Source: Neovahlkampfia damariscottae (lineage: Eukaryota). Taken from it: a stretch of 64,000 nucleotides of DNA. The position numbers and the translations under genes are program-made. Below are positions 12,672 through 24,469 of the stretch, one piece after another (the stretch's first letter is position 1; each line of letters starts with the position of its first letter). A model generated the notes under the pieces. That model saw nothing but the letters and a program-made list of their open reading frames with translations. It did not search any database and had not been told where the DNA came from. The stretch covers positions 186,001 to 250,000 of the forward strand of contig JABLTG010000001.1 of the NCBI GenBank assembly GCA_016618085.1. The letters run 5' to 3'.

Positions 12672-14668
12672 TTAATCAACATCTAAATCTTCAAATTTCA
12701 TTGATTCTCCTGCTTTTTCTTGACCAGGTGCACCTCTCATTCCAGTTGCACCTGGTGGTGGATTTGGCATTGCACCTTGTAATTTTTGTAATATTGGAAA
12801 AGCAACAGATTCGACTTCTTTTTGTTTATTTTGAAAATCTTCTTTTGTTCCTTCCATATTTCCATCTAACCATTGAAGTGCATCAGCAATTGTTGTTTTA
12901 ATGATTTCCGAATCATGTTGATCAATTTGATTTTGAAATTTAGGATCTTCAATAGTATTTTTAGTAGCAAACAAATAAGTTTCAAGCGAATTTCTAGCTG
13001 TAACTTTTCCAAGAACTAAATCATCTTGTTCTTTCATATCTTGCGCATTTTTAACCATTCTTTGGATTTCTTCTTCTGATAATCTTCCTTTTTCATTTTT
13101 GATTCTAATTTTATTTTCTTTTCCAAGAGATTGTTCCTTTGCTGATACTTCTAAAATTCCATCCGCATTAATTTCAAATTTAACATCGATCTTTGGTTGG
13201 CCTCTTGGCATTGGTGGGATTTCTGATAATTCAAATGTTCCAAGCAAATTGTTATCTTTTGTCATTGATCTTTCTCCTTCAAATACTTGAATCAAAACAC
13301 CAGGTTGATTATCAGCATAAGTTGAAAAAGTTTGTGATTGTTTACATGGAATGGTTGTATTTCTTTCAATCAACTTTGTCATAACACCACCAGCTGTTTC
13401 TATTCCCAAGGACAATGGAGCAACATCCATAACAACAAAGCTCCTTTCTTGACCTGTTAAAACGGCTGCTTGTGCTGATGCACCATACGCTACAGATTCA
13501 TCTGGATTGATTGATTTATTCAATGGCTTTCCATTAAAAAAGTCTGAAAGCATTTCTTGAATTTTTAATATTCTTGAACTACCTCCTGCAAGTATAATTT
13601 CTTGAACTTCACCTTTATCAACTTTTGAAGCTTCAATTGTTTTTCTAACATGTTCAATCGATTCTTTGAAAAAATCCATATTCAGTTGTTCAAATTTTGC
13701 TCTAGTAATAACACTGTTAAAATCAATTCCTTCATATAAAGAATCAACTGTAATTGTTGCTTTTGTTTGGGATGTAAGAGCTTTCTTTGCATTTTCACAT
13801 GCAGTTCTGAGTCTTCTTAGAGCCCTATCACTTGAAGAGATGTCAAGATTATGCTTTTGTTTAAATTCTTTTTTGCAATGTTCCACCATTCTTGTATCAA
13901 AATCTTCACCACCAAGATGTGTATTGCCTCCAGTACCTTTAACTTCAAACATTCCTTCTTTTGAAATTGTCAAAACTAAATGTTTAAAAATGATGATTTG
14001 TTTTACTTGAAATGTCAAATGTTCCTCCACCTAAATCATAAACAAGAACTGTGATATCTGATGCTCTTTTTTTATCTAAACCATATGCTATTGCTGAAGC
14101 TGTTGGTTCATTTATTATTCTAATTACATCTAAACCTGCTATTCTACCCGCATCTTTGGTTGCTTGACGTTGTGAATCATTAAAATAAGCAGGACATGTA
14201 ATTACTGCTTTTTTCACAGTTTTTCCCAAATATGCTTCTGCAATCTTTTTCATTTCTCCAAGAACCATTGCTGATATTTCTTCAGGTTGAAATGTTTTAA
14301 GATGATTTTTGTATTTCACTTGAATCATTGGTTTATTTCCTTCACCTCTGATAACTTTAAATGGCCAATGCTTCATATCTGCTTGAACAACAGGATCATC
14401 AAATTTTCTTCCAATTAATCTTTTTGCATCAAAAACAGTATTTTCTGGATTCATTGCAACTTGGTTCTTCGCTGAATCTCCAACTAATCTTTCTTCATTT
14501 GTAAAAGCAACATAACTTGGTGTAATTCTATTTCCTTGATCATTTGGTATGATTTCTACTCTATCATTTTGCCAAACTCCCACACAACTATCAGTTTGTG
14601 AAAAAGAATTTTTTCTACCTGTAAGTTGTTCCTAAATCAATTCCTATAGCTCCTTTGAATTCAGACAT
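12672..14668 (-). CDS. HSP70: cytosolic-type Hsp70
   Basis: [41 protein letters not shown]; two GT-AG introns; ends in DLDVD. Confidence 0.97.
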
Positions 14669-14836
14669 TGTTTTTTTTTTGTATTATTGATCTTGATCTT
14701 TGAATTTATTGGTCCTTCCAGATCAACTTTAAAACAAATAAAAATTGAGAAACAAAATTTGATCATATTTGTTGTTAAAATGAACAGAATTTATGTCAAT
14801 TTGATGTGAGTTATTGTTTTGAAGTCTTTCCTTTGT

Positions 14837-14844
14837 TGACGTCA
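14837..14844. promoter_or_regulatory. CRE-like palindrome TGACGTCA in the divergent hsp70 intergenic region
   Basis: Exact bZIP consensus palindrome near several ATTGG boxes; function not shown. Confidence 0.35.
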
Positions 14845-14924
14845 CATCATTGTTCAATAAATTTTTTTGATTGGTAGGAAATTCTCAGTTTGATTGGTCA
14901 ATTAAAAAAAAAAGTAAAAAGCTA

Positions 14925-15263
14925 ATGAAGTTCACTGGTGCTCTGGATTTCTTAAAACCTTTGGAGAATTTACATTTACTGTTTCCGTTGCTTATCATAG
15001 CTTCTTTGGGAGCAATCGTACCAATTATCATGGTTCTAATTTGCATCGCATTTCTTGTAGGATTTCTTTTTTCTTTGATCGGAATTAACTTCATCTACGG
15101 AGGAGAATCGTATCTCATTCTCATATTGAAAGGAATTGCTGGTCTCTGTATCTTGGTTGTTGTAATCTTCATGTGTGTTGTAGCTAATGGAGTTGTGCAA
15201 GACTGGATAAAAAGAAGAAGTGAGAGAATAAAAAAAGAACTACAATTCTCAGAGTCAGAATAA
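14925..15263 (+). CDS. small membrane protein, hypothetical
   Basis: 2-3 long hydrophobic segments; ATTGG boxes just upstream of the ATG. Confidence 0.65.
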   Translation: MKFTGALDFLKPLENLHLLFPLLIIASLGAIVPIIMVLICIAFLVGFLFSLIGINFIYGGESYLILILKGIAGLCILVVVIFMCVVANGVVQDWIKRRSERIKKELQFSESE

Positions 15264-15301
15264 AATCTCCATCATTTTCATTGGATAATTATTTTTTCGA
15301 A

Positions 15302-15673
15302 ATGGAAGTTTTTCAGACCAACGAAGGCTACAAGAGAAGGTTTATTGATGAAATATTAAAAAAAGAAATGAAAGAGAATACACAATACAAAGTAAATATT
15401 GTTGGATATATCACTTCTCTTGATAATTGGAATAACAAAAAAACTTTTTATATTGATGACTCTACAGGTTTATTATGTTGTATTTATTGGATAAATGATT
15501 TTAATGAGGACATAGAATTACAATTAGGACAAAAAATTGGAATTTTAGGAACAGTTTCGATTTATAATAATTTTCGACAAGTTAAAGTTTACAAAACATA
15601 TCCATGTTCTTCTTTAATGGAATGTTATTTTATTTTAAATCGTATAAACGATGCATCACTTGAAAATTCATGA
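15302..15673 (+). CDS. single OB-fold protein, STN1/RPA32-like
   Basis: VNIVGYI...FYIDDSTGLLCCIYW...LGQKIGILGTVSIYNNFRQV matches the RPA2/Stn1 OB pattern. Confidence 0.8.
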   Translation: MEVFQTNEGYKRRFIDEILKKEMKENTQYKVNIVGYITSLDNWNNKKTFYIDDSTGLLCCIYWINDFNEDIELQLGQKIGILGTVSIYNNFRQVKVYKTYPCSSLMECYFILNRINDASLENS

Positions 15674-15790
15674 AAATCCAAAAAAATCGGAAAAACTAAA
15701 AAAACATTTTATCAAAAATTCAAGAAAAACAAAGAAATTTTACTGTTTTAGAATTGGAAGATTCCACTGTTATTTTTGTCCAATCAAAAA

Positions 15791-16838
15791 ATGAAACTTC
15801 TTCTCTGTTGTTTGTTGTCAGTTTTTATTTTACAAATCTCTTCAGAAACTTTAGGAGAGGCTTTAGGATATCCAAAAGATGCTAGAATATTGATTATAAA
15901 TGCTGATGATTATGGAATGTCTCATGGTGAAAATAAAGGAACAGAAGCAGTTTTAGAATGTGGTATGGTTAAAAGTACAACAATGATGATGCCATGTCCA
16001 TGGATAAATGAAGCTATTAGATATGTAAATCAAAGAAATCTTTCCAATGTTGGCATTCATTTAACTTTTACAAGTGAATGGAGAAATTATCGTTGGGCAC
16101 CAATTTATCAAAGAGAAAAGTCATCTTTAATTGACCCTACAACAACTTATATGTGGGAAACTTCAAAACAAGTTGAACAAAATATCAAAATTGAACATGC
16201 GATGGATGAAACAAATGCACAACTTCAAAGAGCTTTAAAAGCTGGTGTTGAGTATTATTATTCATTTTTTAATTCATTTCTTTATTTTATAGTTTAAGTC
16301 ATTTTGATTCACATATGGGTTCAATTTATGGTATGTTTACAGGTAGGTGGGAAATACTTGCTGTTGCAATGTCACATGCTTATGCTTATGGTTTACCTTT
16401 TAGAATTCCATTCATGCCAAAAGTTAAACCTTTCAGAGATATGGGTTTTGCTATTTTAGATCATTTAGTATTTGGTCAAAGAGTACCTTCTGATCCAAGA
16501 GAACATATGGAGTACCATAAAAAACTTATTAAAAATTTGAAACCTGGAGTAACTGAATTTTATATTCATCCTGCTATTGAAAATGATGAAATGAAAGCAA
16601 TTACAGCTTCATGGAAAACTAGAAAATCTGACATGTTGACATTTTGTTCACAAGAAATGAGAGATTTTATCAAACAAGAAAAGTTTGTTTTTTGTTATTC
16701 TAACCTTCTAAAAGAGTTATTTTAATTGACTTTAAACAATTAAGAGCATATCAAAGAAAAAAAATGAATTGGAATTCTTCATTCCGTGCTTCTGATGTAC
16801 TTCAAAAATATATTGACATTTTAAAAAAAACTCAATAA
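15791..16838 (+). CDS. secreted YdjC/ChbG-family carbohydrate deacetylase
   Basis: Signal peptide; LIINADDYG, VGIHLTF, SHFDSHMG, TEFYIHP; two introns. Confidence 0.9.
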
Positions 16839-16862
16839 AATTAATTCATTTTACACTTGCTT

Positions 16863-17219
16863 TTATTCTTTTTTTGTTGTTTCTATTTCTTGTATCTCTA
16901 AAAATGATACATTAACATGTTTTCTCATTATATTGACTATTTCTGGATGGTCTTCTATTTCTGTTTCATCATCATCGTCTAAATCTTCACTGTACAAAAA
17001 ACTGTCTCTTGACCAATCTTTAGTTTTTGAACTTTCTGTTGTTGTATCTTCAGTTTCTATAAATTCTTCATTTTCTTCAATTTTCTCGTTTTTTTTTTCT
17101 TCATTTTTTATTTCTACATTGACAAAAGAACTTTTTAATTTCTCCAAATTTTCATCATTGTCTTCTTCTTGACTCACAGATTTGTACTGCATAGTTTGAA
17201 ACCATTTTTTTTTCAACAT
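16863..17219 (-). CDS. acidic hypothetical protein
   Basis: 118-aa E/D-rich ORF; no family recognised. Confidence 0.55.
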   Translation of the reverse strand: MLKKKWFQTMQYKSVSQEEDNDENLEKLKSSFVNVEIKNEEKKNEKIEENEEFIETEDTTTESSKTKDWSRDSFLYSEDLDDDDETEIEDHPEIVNIMRKHVNVSFLEIQEIETTKKE

Positions 17220-17347
17220 TTTCAATTGTCCAATAAAAATGAAAGTTGTATTTTAAAAAGCAAAAGATTTATTAAACATCCTCAACTACTCAAAATACTT
17301 TCCTTTTACTTATTTTGTTCATTCAAAAAAACACCGGTTGAATAATT

Positions 17348-18235
17348 CTAAAGATCAACATTCAAAACTAAACCATCATAGCTTAATTTTACATTTTGAT
17401 CATTTTTCAAACTCCAATCTTTCAATTTTACTGTATATTCTTCATGATTTATTTCATGTGTCATTCCAATAAAGAAAGTATTTTTTGGGTTAATTTCTAA
17501 AACCATTTGTAATGACTGTTGATAAGTAAAATGTGAAGGATGAGAATCACAAGCATTTAAACAATCTAAAATTAAATTTTCACATCCTTTAATTTTTTTC
17601 ATAATATTTTCTGGGATACAACTCACATCTGATAAATAAACAATACATCCGAACATAAATCCTAAACAAGTGTAATTTTTGCCATGATAAACTTCTAAAG
17701 GTGTTATTTTTAAACCAAATAAATCAATAATTTCTTCAGAATCTTTTAATTCAATGAATTTTAATTTGGCAATTCCACCTCCTAATTTTTTAACACACTT
17801 TCTTTATTTACCTCCTGTGGAAGTTTTGGTGTCAACTAAGTAAGGATATATGTTTTTTATAGTATTTAAATCGGAATTTCTTAACAGAATTGGCAATGGT
17901 TCATCCATTTGGCAGGTAAAGTCTCTCAAGTCATCAAATCCACCTACAGCATCAAAATGCTCGTGTGTAATCAATACAGCATCAATTTGTGATATATTAC
18001 ATTTATCAAACCATTCAATTGCGCTATGATAAAAAAATTTTCCAACATCAATCAAAATATTCTTAACAATATTGTCTTGATTTTTGTATTGAACCATTAA
18101 ACTTGTATTTCTTCTTCTATTTTTTGAATTCTCTTTTTTTGAATCTAAACATGTTCTACAATTATTCTTCAACAAACAACTAACTAAAGGTACACCAGAT
18201 GAAGTGCCGGTACCTAAAAAAACGACTTTGGACAT
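17348..18235 (-). CDS. MBL-fold metallo-hydrolase (PhnP/YycJ-like)
   Basis: FLGTGTSSGVP, RRRNTSL, THEHFDAVGG, YLSDVS, HPSHF, GMTHE, SYDGL; one intron. Confidence 0.93.
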
Positions 18236-18277
18236 GAATAGTTGTGATTGGTTAAAATTCCAACGTCTTTTGTCATT
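18236..18277. promoter_or_regulatory. 42-bp bidirectional promoter with a single CCAAT box
   Basis: Divergent ATGs at 18235 (-) and 18278 (+), with GATTGGTT at 18246-18253. Confidence 0.6.
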
Positions 18278-20227
18278 ATGAGGTCGGAGTGGTTGATACA
18301 TCTTTTACTTTTTACTCAATTATTATTCATGGTTCGAAGTTTTGAATATGGAATTTGTCATAATAATTTTGAAATTCGTTTCACAAATATCTCCTCAACC
18401 ACTTCAACTTTATCACTAAAATCAAGAGCAAAAAATGGATATCATTTTTTAACAATAGCTACTGATCTTAATAATCCAAACGTAGGAATATTTTTGACCA
18501 TTTTTTCATTTCAATTTGGTTCAGAAAGAGCTGCAAATTTCTTAATTGTAAATGACCAAAGAAATGCCAATATTTCAACATTAAAAACAAAAAGAGAAAC
18601 TGGATTTTATTCATATGATATAATGCAACATAATTTCATCATTCCTTCAAAATTAAATTTCCAACTTGAAAAATTAAGAGAAAAAAAACTCTTCTTAAGA
18701 TATGGAGCAAATTATAACAAAAGACCATTCAAAAGAAATGGTACATTTATATTTCCTGAAGCATCTGAATCTTATATCTCCAAAGGAGTTCAATCTTATT
18801 ATCGATGCTCAAAATCACTTGAATCAATTGAATTTATTCATCCTGCAGCTTTTTCATGTTCGATTTGATTCATTTCTAACTCTTCAAGTCAGTCTACTTT
18901 TTTTGATTTTTAATTTCATTTTGACATTTGGTTTGACATATTTCAAACCTTTAAGATCACATGGATTTTTACCTTTGTTTTCTTCATTAGCATTGATTTT
19001 AAGGATATCATTTAGATCATATCAATTTGCATCTTTTGAATTCCAATCAACTTATTGGACTTCATTTTTAGAGACAATTGGTAGTTCTTTAGTTTTATGT
19101 TATTTTTTTATTTTTCCATTGAATTTATTAAGATTTATCATTTTAATTGATTTATCAAGACAGAAAATTAATGTAATGAAAAATGGTTCAAAAGTTAAAT
19201 GGCAATTCAAATTATTAAAATATATCAATAATCCATTTGTCAATTTATGTTACACTTCACCTTTATATATAATTCTAGTACTTGGAACTTCATTATTTTT
19301 TGTAATACCACCTAATGATATTGGTATTTTGATTACAGTTTTGTTATTTTTACTTTGTTGTATTTTTGTTGTTTTATTGTATTTTGGTTGTATTATGTTT
19401 GATTTCGTTTCAACTATTTGGAAAATAATTTATGATTTAAAAGTCAAAAATTTGAAATTTACATGGAAATTACCATGGCATATTATATTAAAATTATGGA
19501 ATGAAGATCAAAATTATTTTAGAGTTCAAAGTTATATTTTCATTCCTTTTACAGTTATCATTTTTATTATGCATTTATCATCATTTACATCAAAACCAAA
19601 CAGTCGTAAGAAACCTTTTTTTTCTTATTTACAGTTGCAACTGCTGTTCTTGGTATGATTTGGGAGTATAGTTTCCTATTTACAACTTCAGGATATTTAA
19701 ATATCGTTACTATTTTCAATTTATGTAGAAAATTAGTTTCAAAAAAAGTGAAAAAATCGGATATTGATAATTTATTCGATGATAAAGATTTGGAGAAATT
19801 ATTTGTAGATTTTGCAGCAATGGAATATTCATCAGAAAATGTAATTTGTTTCATGGATATTAGAAAATTCAATGAATTAACAGAATACAAAGAGAAAATT
19901 GAACTTGCTCATTCAATGAAATCTTTGTATTTCAATGGAATGACATCTGAATTTGAAGTTAACATTGGAGGATCAACAATAAAAAAATTTGATCAAAAAT
20001 TATCAGATGAAAATTTAGATGATTTATTTCATGATATTGAACCTCAAATTAGGATGAATTTATCAGATACTTATTCACGTTTCATGATGTCATTTGAGTA
20101 TCAAGATTTTCTTTTGAATCGAGAATTTGAAAAATCAATCATTAATCAAAAAAAAGATGGTCATGAAATTGTTGAAAAGAGATCAATTTGTTGTAAATGG
20201 TACTCCTTTGATTTTAAAACACTCTAA
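18278..20227 (+). CDS. multi-pass membrane protein with C-terminal RGS domain (7TM-RGS-like)
   Basis: Signal peptide, extracellular domain, about 6-7 TM segments, then RGS motifs FAAMEYSSENVICF, EFEVNI, NLSDTYSRF; two introns join three ORFs. Confidence 0.88.
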
Positions 20228-20378
20228 TTTTCTTTTAAATAGTGCTTTGGCTTGTAGTTGTTTTTTTACGAGTGTTTGTACCATTTGTTGTTGTATGTTT
20301 TGTTTATTTTTTTCACTTCTTGCTTTTGGTGTTTTGAATCAATTTATAGATGTTGATTCATAAAATAAAAAAAAATAT

Positions 20379-21244
20379 TTATTGTTGTTTTTTTGGTTCT
20401 TCATTAAGATCTCTACAGAATGGACCTGCTGGTTCTTTGAATAAAGTAGTTTTTCCTTGAATACCCATGCATGTATTTCTTCCATTTTGTGGTCCTTTTG
20501 GTGGTTTCTCACCTCTTTTGAATGCCTCCAAAATTTCAATTGTTTTATCAATTGTTAAATCTTCCTAAAAAAAAAAAAAATGTTAAAAAAAAACTTTTTT
20601 TTGTTACATAAAAGTCATAACTATATTCTGGTGGATTTGAATAATCAGAAACAACCATCATTGGAGCATTAACACAACAACCCATACATTCCATTTCTCC
20701 GAGAGTAAATAAACCATCTTTTGTTGTTTCATTTAAACCTATTCCTAAATGATTTTCAATAACTTCAATAATTTCATCTGATCCTCTTAACATACAAGGT
20801 GTTGTTAAACAAACTTGAACGTGATATTTTCCAACTGGTGATCTGTTATACATAACATAAAAAGTTGCGACTTCATAAACTTCAATTGGAGCTACTTCAC
20901 AGATTTGTGCAATTTTGTTCATTGCAGCTAAAGAAACCCATCCTCCTAATTGTCTTTGTGCTAAATCTAATAAAGGTAAAATACCACTTCTTTTTCTATT
21001 TTTTGGATATTTTGCTAAAACTGTATGTACTTTTGGATACATTTCTTTTGAAAAATCGAAAATTGTTTCTTCATTATTATCTTTTGTATCAATGTGCTGT
21101 CGGAAAAAAAAAATAAATTATTTTTTTGAAAAATACTCTAAATGGATCACGGAAACTTGAATAGTTACAAAATTTAGTTGTTGTTAAAGGTTTAGTTTTT
21201 TTGACTTCCTTTGTTAACAACGAAAAACTCTTCTTTAAAAACAT
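20379..21244 (-). CDS. NDUFV2: NADH:ubiquinone oxidoreductase 24-kDa subunit
   Basis: PLLDLAQRQ, YEVATFY, CLTTPC, ECMGCC 2Fe-2S ligands; presequence exon; two introns. Confidence 0.96.
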
Positions 21245-21311
21245 TTCACGTTGATTGGTTAATTCAAATTAACCAATAATTTAAAAATTTGAAAGAAAAA
21301 AAATAAAATTT

Positions 21312-22675
21312 TTATTTCATATCTCCAATCATTGTCAAAGGTGATTCAAGGTATAATTTAATTAAATTTGAAAATCTTGCAATTGTTGCACCATCAATGA
21401 TTCTATGATCAGCTGACCAACTAATATTCATTAAATTTGCTGGTTTAACTTGATCATTTTCATCAAAAATTGGAACTCTTTTAATTTTACCAAGTGCTGC
21501 AATTGCTACTTGTGGTACCACTAAAATAGGTGAGGCATAAGTTCCACCAATAGAACCAACATTTGATAAAGTAAAAGTACCACCTTTTAAATCATCTTCA
21601 CTTAATTTACCATCTTGTCCTGCTTTAATAAGTCTATTTAATTCTTGAGCAATTTCAAGAATTGAAAGATTTTGAACGTTTTTTATATTTGGAACATAAA
21701 GACCATTTTTAGTGTCTAAAGCGAATCCAATATTATGTGATTTCTATATTGTTTTAAAAACTAATATATACTTACTTTATATGTTAAAATTGTTTTTTCT
21801 GAATTTAATTGAGAGTTTAAAATTGGATATTGTTTTAAAGCAAGTGATGATGCTTTAATAAAAAATGGCATAAATGATAATTTGATATCACGTTCTTCTG
21901 CAACTTTTTTAAGTGTTGAACGGAATTTCATTAATTCATCAAGGTAAATTTCATCTGAATAACCAAGTTGAGGTACTTGATTGGCTGCTTCCATTGTTTT
22001 AATCATTGTTCTCATTAAACCACGAACAGGTACTTCTTCATCTTCTTCTAAAGATATTTGACTTGTTGTTGTAACTTTTGGTTTATCTTTATTATCTAAA
22101 TATTCCATTACATCTTGTTTCAAAATTCTACCATCTTTTCCTGTTGCTGTGACATCATTTAAATTAATATTTTCTTCTCTTGCTATTCTTCTAACAGAAG
22201 GTGTTGTTTTTACTTTTGAATTTTTTGAATCTGTTGTTGTTGTTTGTGTTGTTTGTGTAATATTTGTTTCTTTTTCTTCAACCTTTTCTTTTTTTGGTTG
22301 ACTTGCTCCATCAATTTTTGTTCCTTCAGGTACTTCAATATCAATTAATGGATATCCAACTTGAGCAATGTCTCCAACTTTATGATGTACTTTTGTTATA
22401 ACACCACTGTATCTACTTGTAATTTCAACATTTGCTTTATCACTTTGAACTTCTGCTACTTTATCAAATTGTTCAATTTTATCACCTTCTTTTAAGAACC
22501 ACTGAATAATTTCAACTTCTTTAATTCCTTCACCAATATCTGCAAGTTTAAATTGTATCTCTGGTTGAAAACTTAAAAAATTTTGATGAAAATATTGCTT
22601 TTGAAAATTGTTCACACGAAAATTTGTGAATTTGTTGACGGTTTTGAAAAATTTAACAGAGCGATTGAGGTACAT
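21312..22675 (-). CDS. DBT: branched-chain 2-oxoacid dehydrogenase E2 (dihydrolipoyl transacylase)
   Basis: [18 protein letters not shown] lipoyl motif, TPSVRR E3-binding domain, [10 protein letters not shown]; one intron. Confidence 0.95.
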
Positions 22676-22829
22676 TCTGATTGGAGTTTGATTTTCATTG
22701 GCGGATTAATTTTATTTGGAATTTATCTTATTTTTTGATCTTTTATGAATTTTTACATTGATTAACATATTTTAAAGCACATTGAAATTTATCCAATCAT
22801 TTAATATTTGAGCATAAAACAACTCAAAC

Positions 22830-23388
22830 ATGTCCAACAACAATGAATTAAAATACTACGATGATGATGACATGTTTGTAGATTTTCCAAGAAAAGCAAG
22901 TCATCCAAGTCTTTTTGATAGTGCTGTTGATTTTTCAGAAATTTCTCATCGAAAAAAAAATGATATTCCAAGTGAGTCGTTTTTCGAAGATGATACTACA
23001 GCTGTATATGATGAATATCAAACATTTATAGATACAAGAGAATCAAAATCTCATTATTATGTCAATGTTGTTGTTCCTGGTTTATCGGCTGAAGAATTTA
23101 AAGGTAAAAGAAAAATGAAAAAAACTTTAATTTTTAGTTGAAGTTGTAAAAGGAATTTTGATGATTTCAGGAAAAGTTCATCAAGATGAAGAAGAAAAAA
23201 AAATGAAAATTTGGAAACAAGAAAGAAAGTACGGTACTTTTGGAAGGTAAAATCATTCAATGCTAAAATTATTTTACAATAGAGCAATCAAATTACCAAA
23301 AGATGCATCTCATCATCATGTAAAAGCTTCTTTACAACAAGGTATACTACAAGTTAAAATAGATAAAAATTCTGATGAATTCTATTAA
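22830..23388 (+). CDS. small heat-shock protein (HSP20/alpha-crystallin)
   Basis: Spliced: DTRESKSHYYVNVVVPGL...ILMISG...ERKYGTFGRAIKLP...VKASLQQGILQVKI; two introns. Confidence 0.88.
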
Positions 23389-23415
23389 GAATAAAACACA
23401 CAAAACTAAACTCTT

Positions 23416-24404
23416 TTATTCAAATAGTTTTTTTACATCATCAGGAATTTCAATAATTTTTTTTGGATCATAATTTGATTTACTTCTGTTGAAAAAGTAA
23501 CCAACTTGATTACTTAACACTCTTGTTCCATTTACATTTTGTTCAGAAGTGTAATGAGTATGTCTATTTAAAAAATTTTAATTTTGAATCTTCTTACCCA
23601 AATGCCCATAAATAAATTGGATGTCCTAATAAATCTTTTAAATCTGTTGAAAAAGCACAATTGATTGCATCTCCATCATAGATTGGATTTGATGTTCCTT
23701 TTATTAATGGTGCATGATGTGTTAAGACCACTACAACTTCATTGTTTTCTTTTGCTTTTTTTATTTCATCTTTTATGAAATCTAATTCTTGTTTATGAAA
23801 CTTATTCGTATCTGAAACTTGTAATTTTCTCTTTTTTTCTCCTTTTTCTTCAATTGAAATCATGTGATAATCATTCAGGGATTGTGAAACTAAAGTATTA
23901 AAATTTGTAAATAGTACCTTTGTTTTCATTTTCTTTTGGTACATTTGACCACAATGTGCTGCCAATAAATCTTAAAATGTCAATAAGTATTGTTCTAACC
24001 TAATTCCATGATATTTCTCTGATTTTTCATGTAAAAACGTAACATTAGGAAATTTTAAAGAAACTTCATTCATTTGTTTGACTGTTGAAAAATATTCATG
24101 ATTATAAAATTCATGATTTCCTTTTTTTTTTTTTAATTTTTTTAATCTTTCATACCAGCAACAACAAATACTTTTTCAAATTTATCTGCAAAATATCCAA
24201 TGTATTCTTCATAAGATGGATCCCTACTTTTTAATATGTTGTTTAATTTCTACCATGGATCTCCAATGTCACCAACAAGAGCAGCACAATCACCTTCAGC
24301 TTCAATAGAAGGACTACTGGAAAGGTTCACTAAAATAAATGAATTATTTCCTTACTTTTAAAATGTTCTGTATGAACATCACTGATGACGTGTAGTTTTG
24401 ACAT
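23416..24404 (-). CDS. calcineurin-like metallophosphoesterase
   Basis: SDVHTE, GDIG, GNHE, GSTLWS, THHAP, FGHTH after removing six tiny introns. Confidence 0.9.
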
Positions 24405-24469
24405 CAAAAAGTTATTTTTAGTTTAGTAATCCACCAATCAATTTTTGATTATTTTATCCAAATCACTGT

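Noticed and set aside
20190..20360. Coding-like minus-strand stretch between the RGS and NDUFV2 stops
   Set aside because: Only short frames, with no recognisable motif or promoter box
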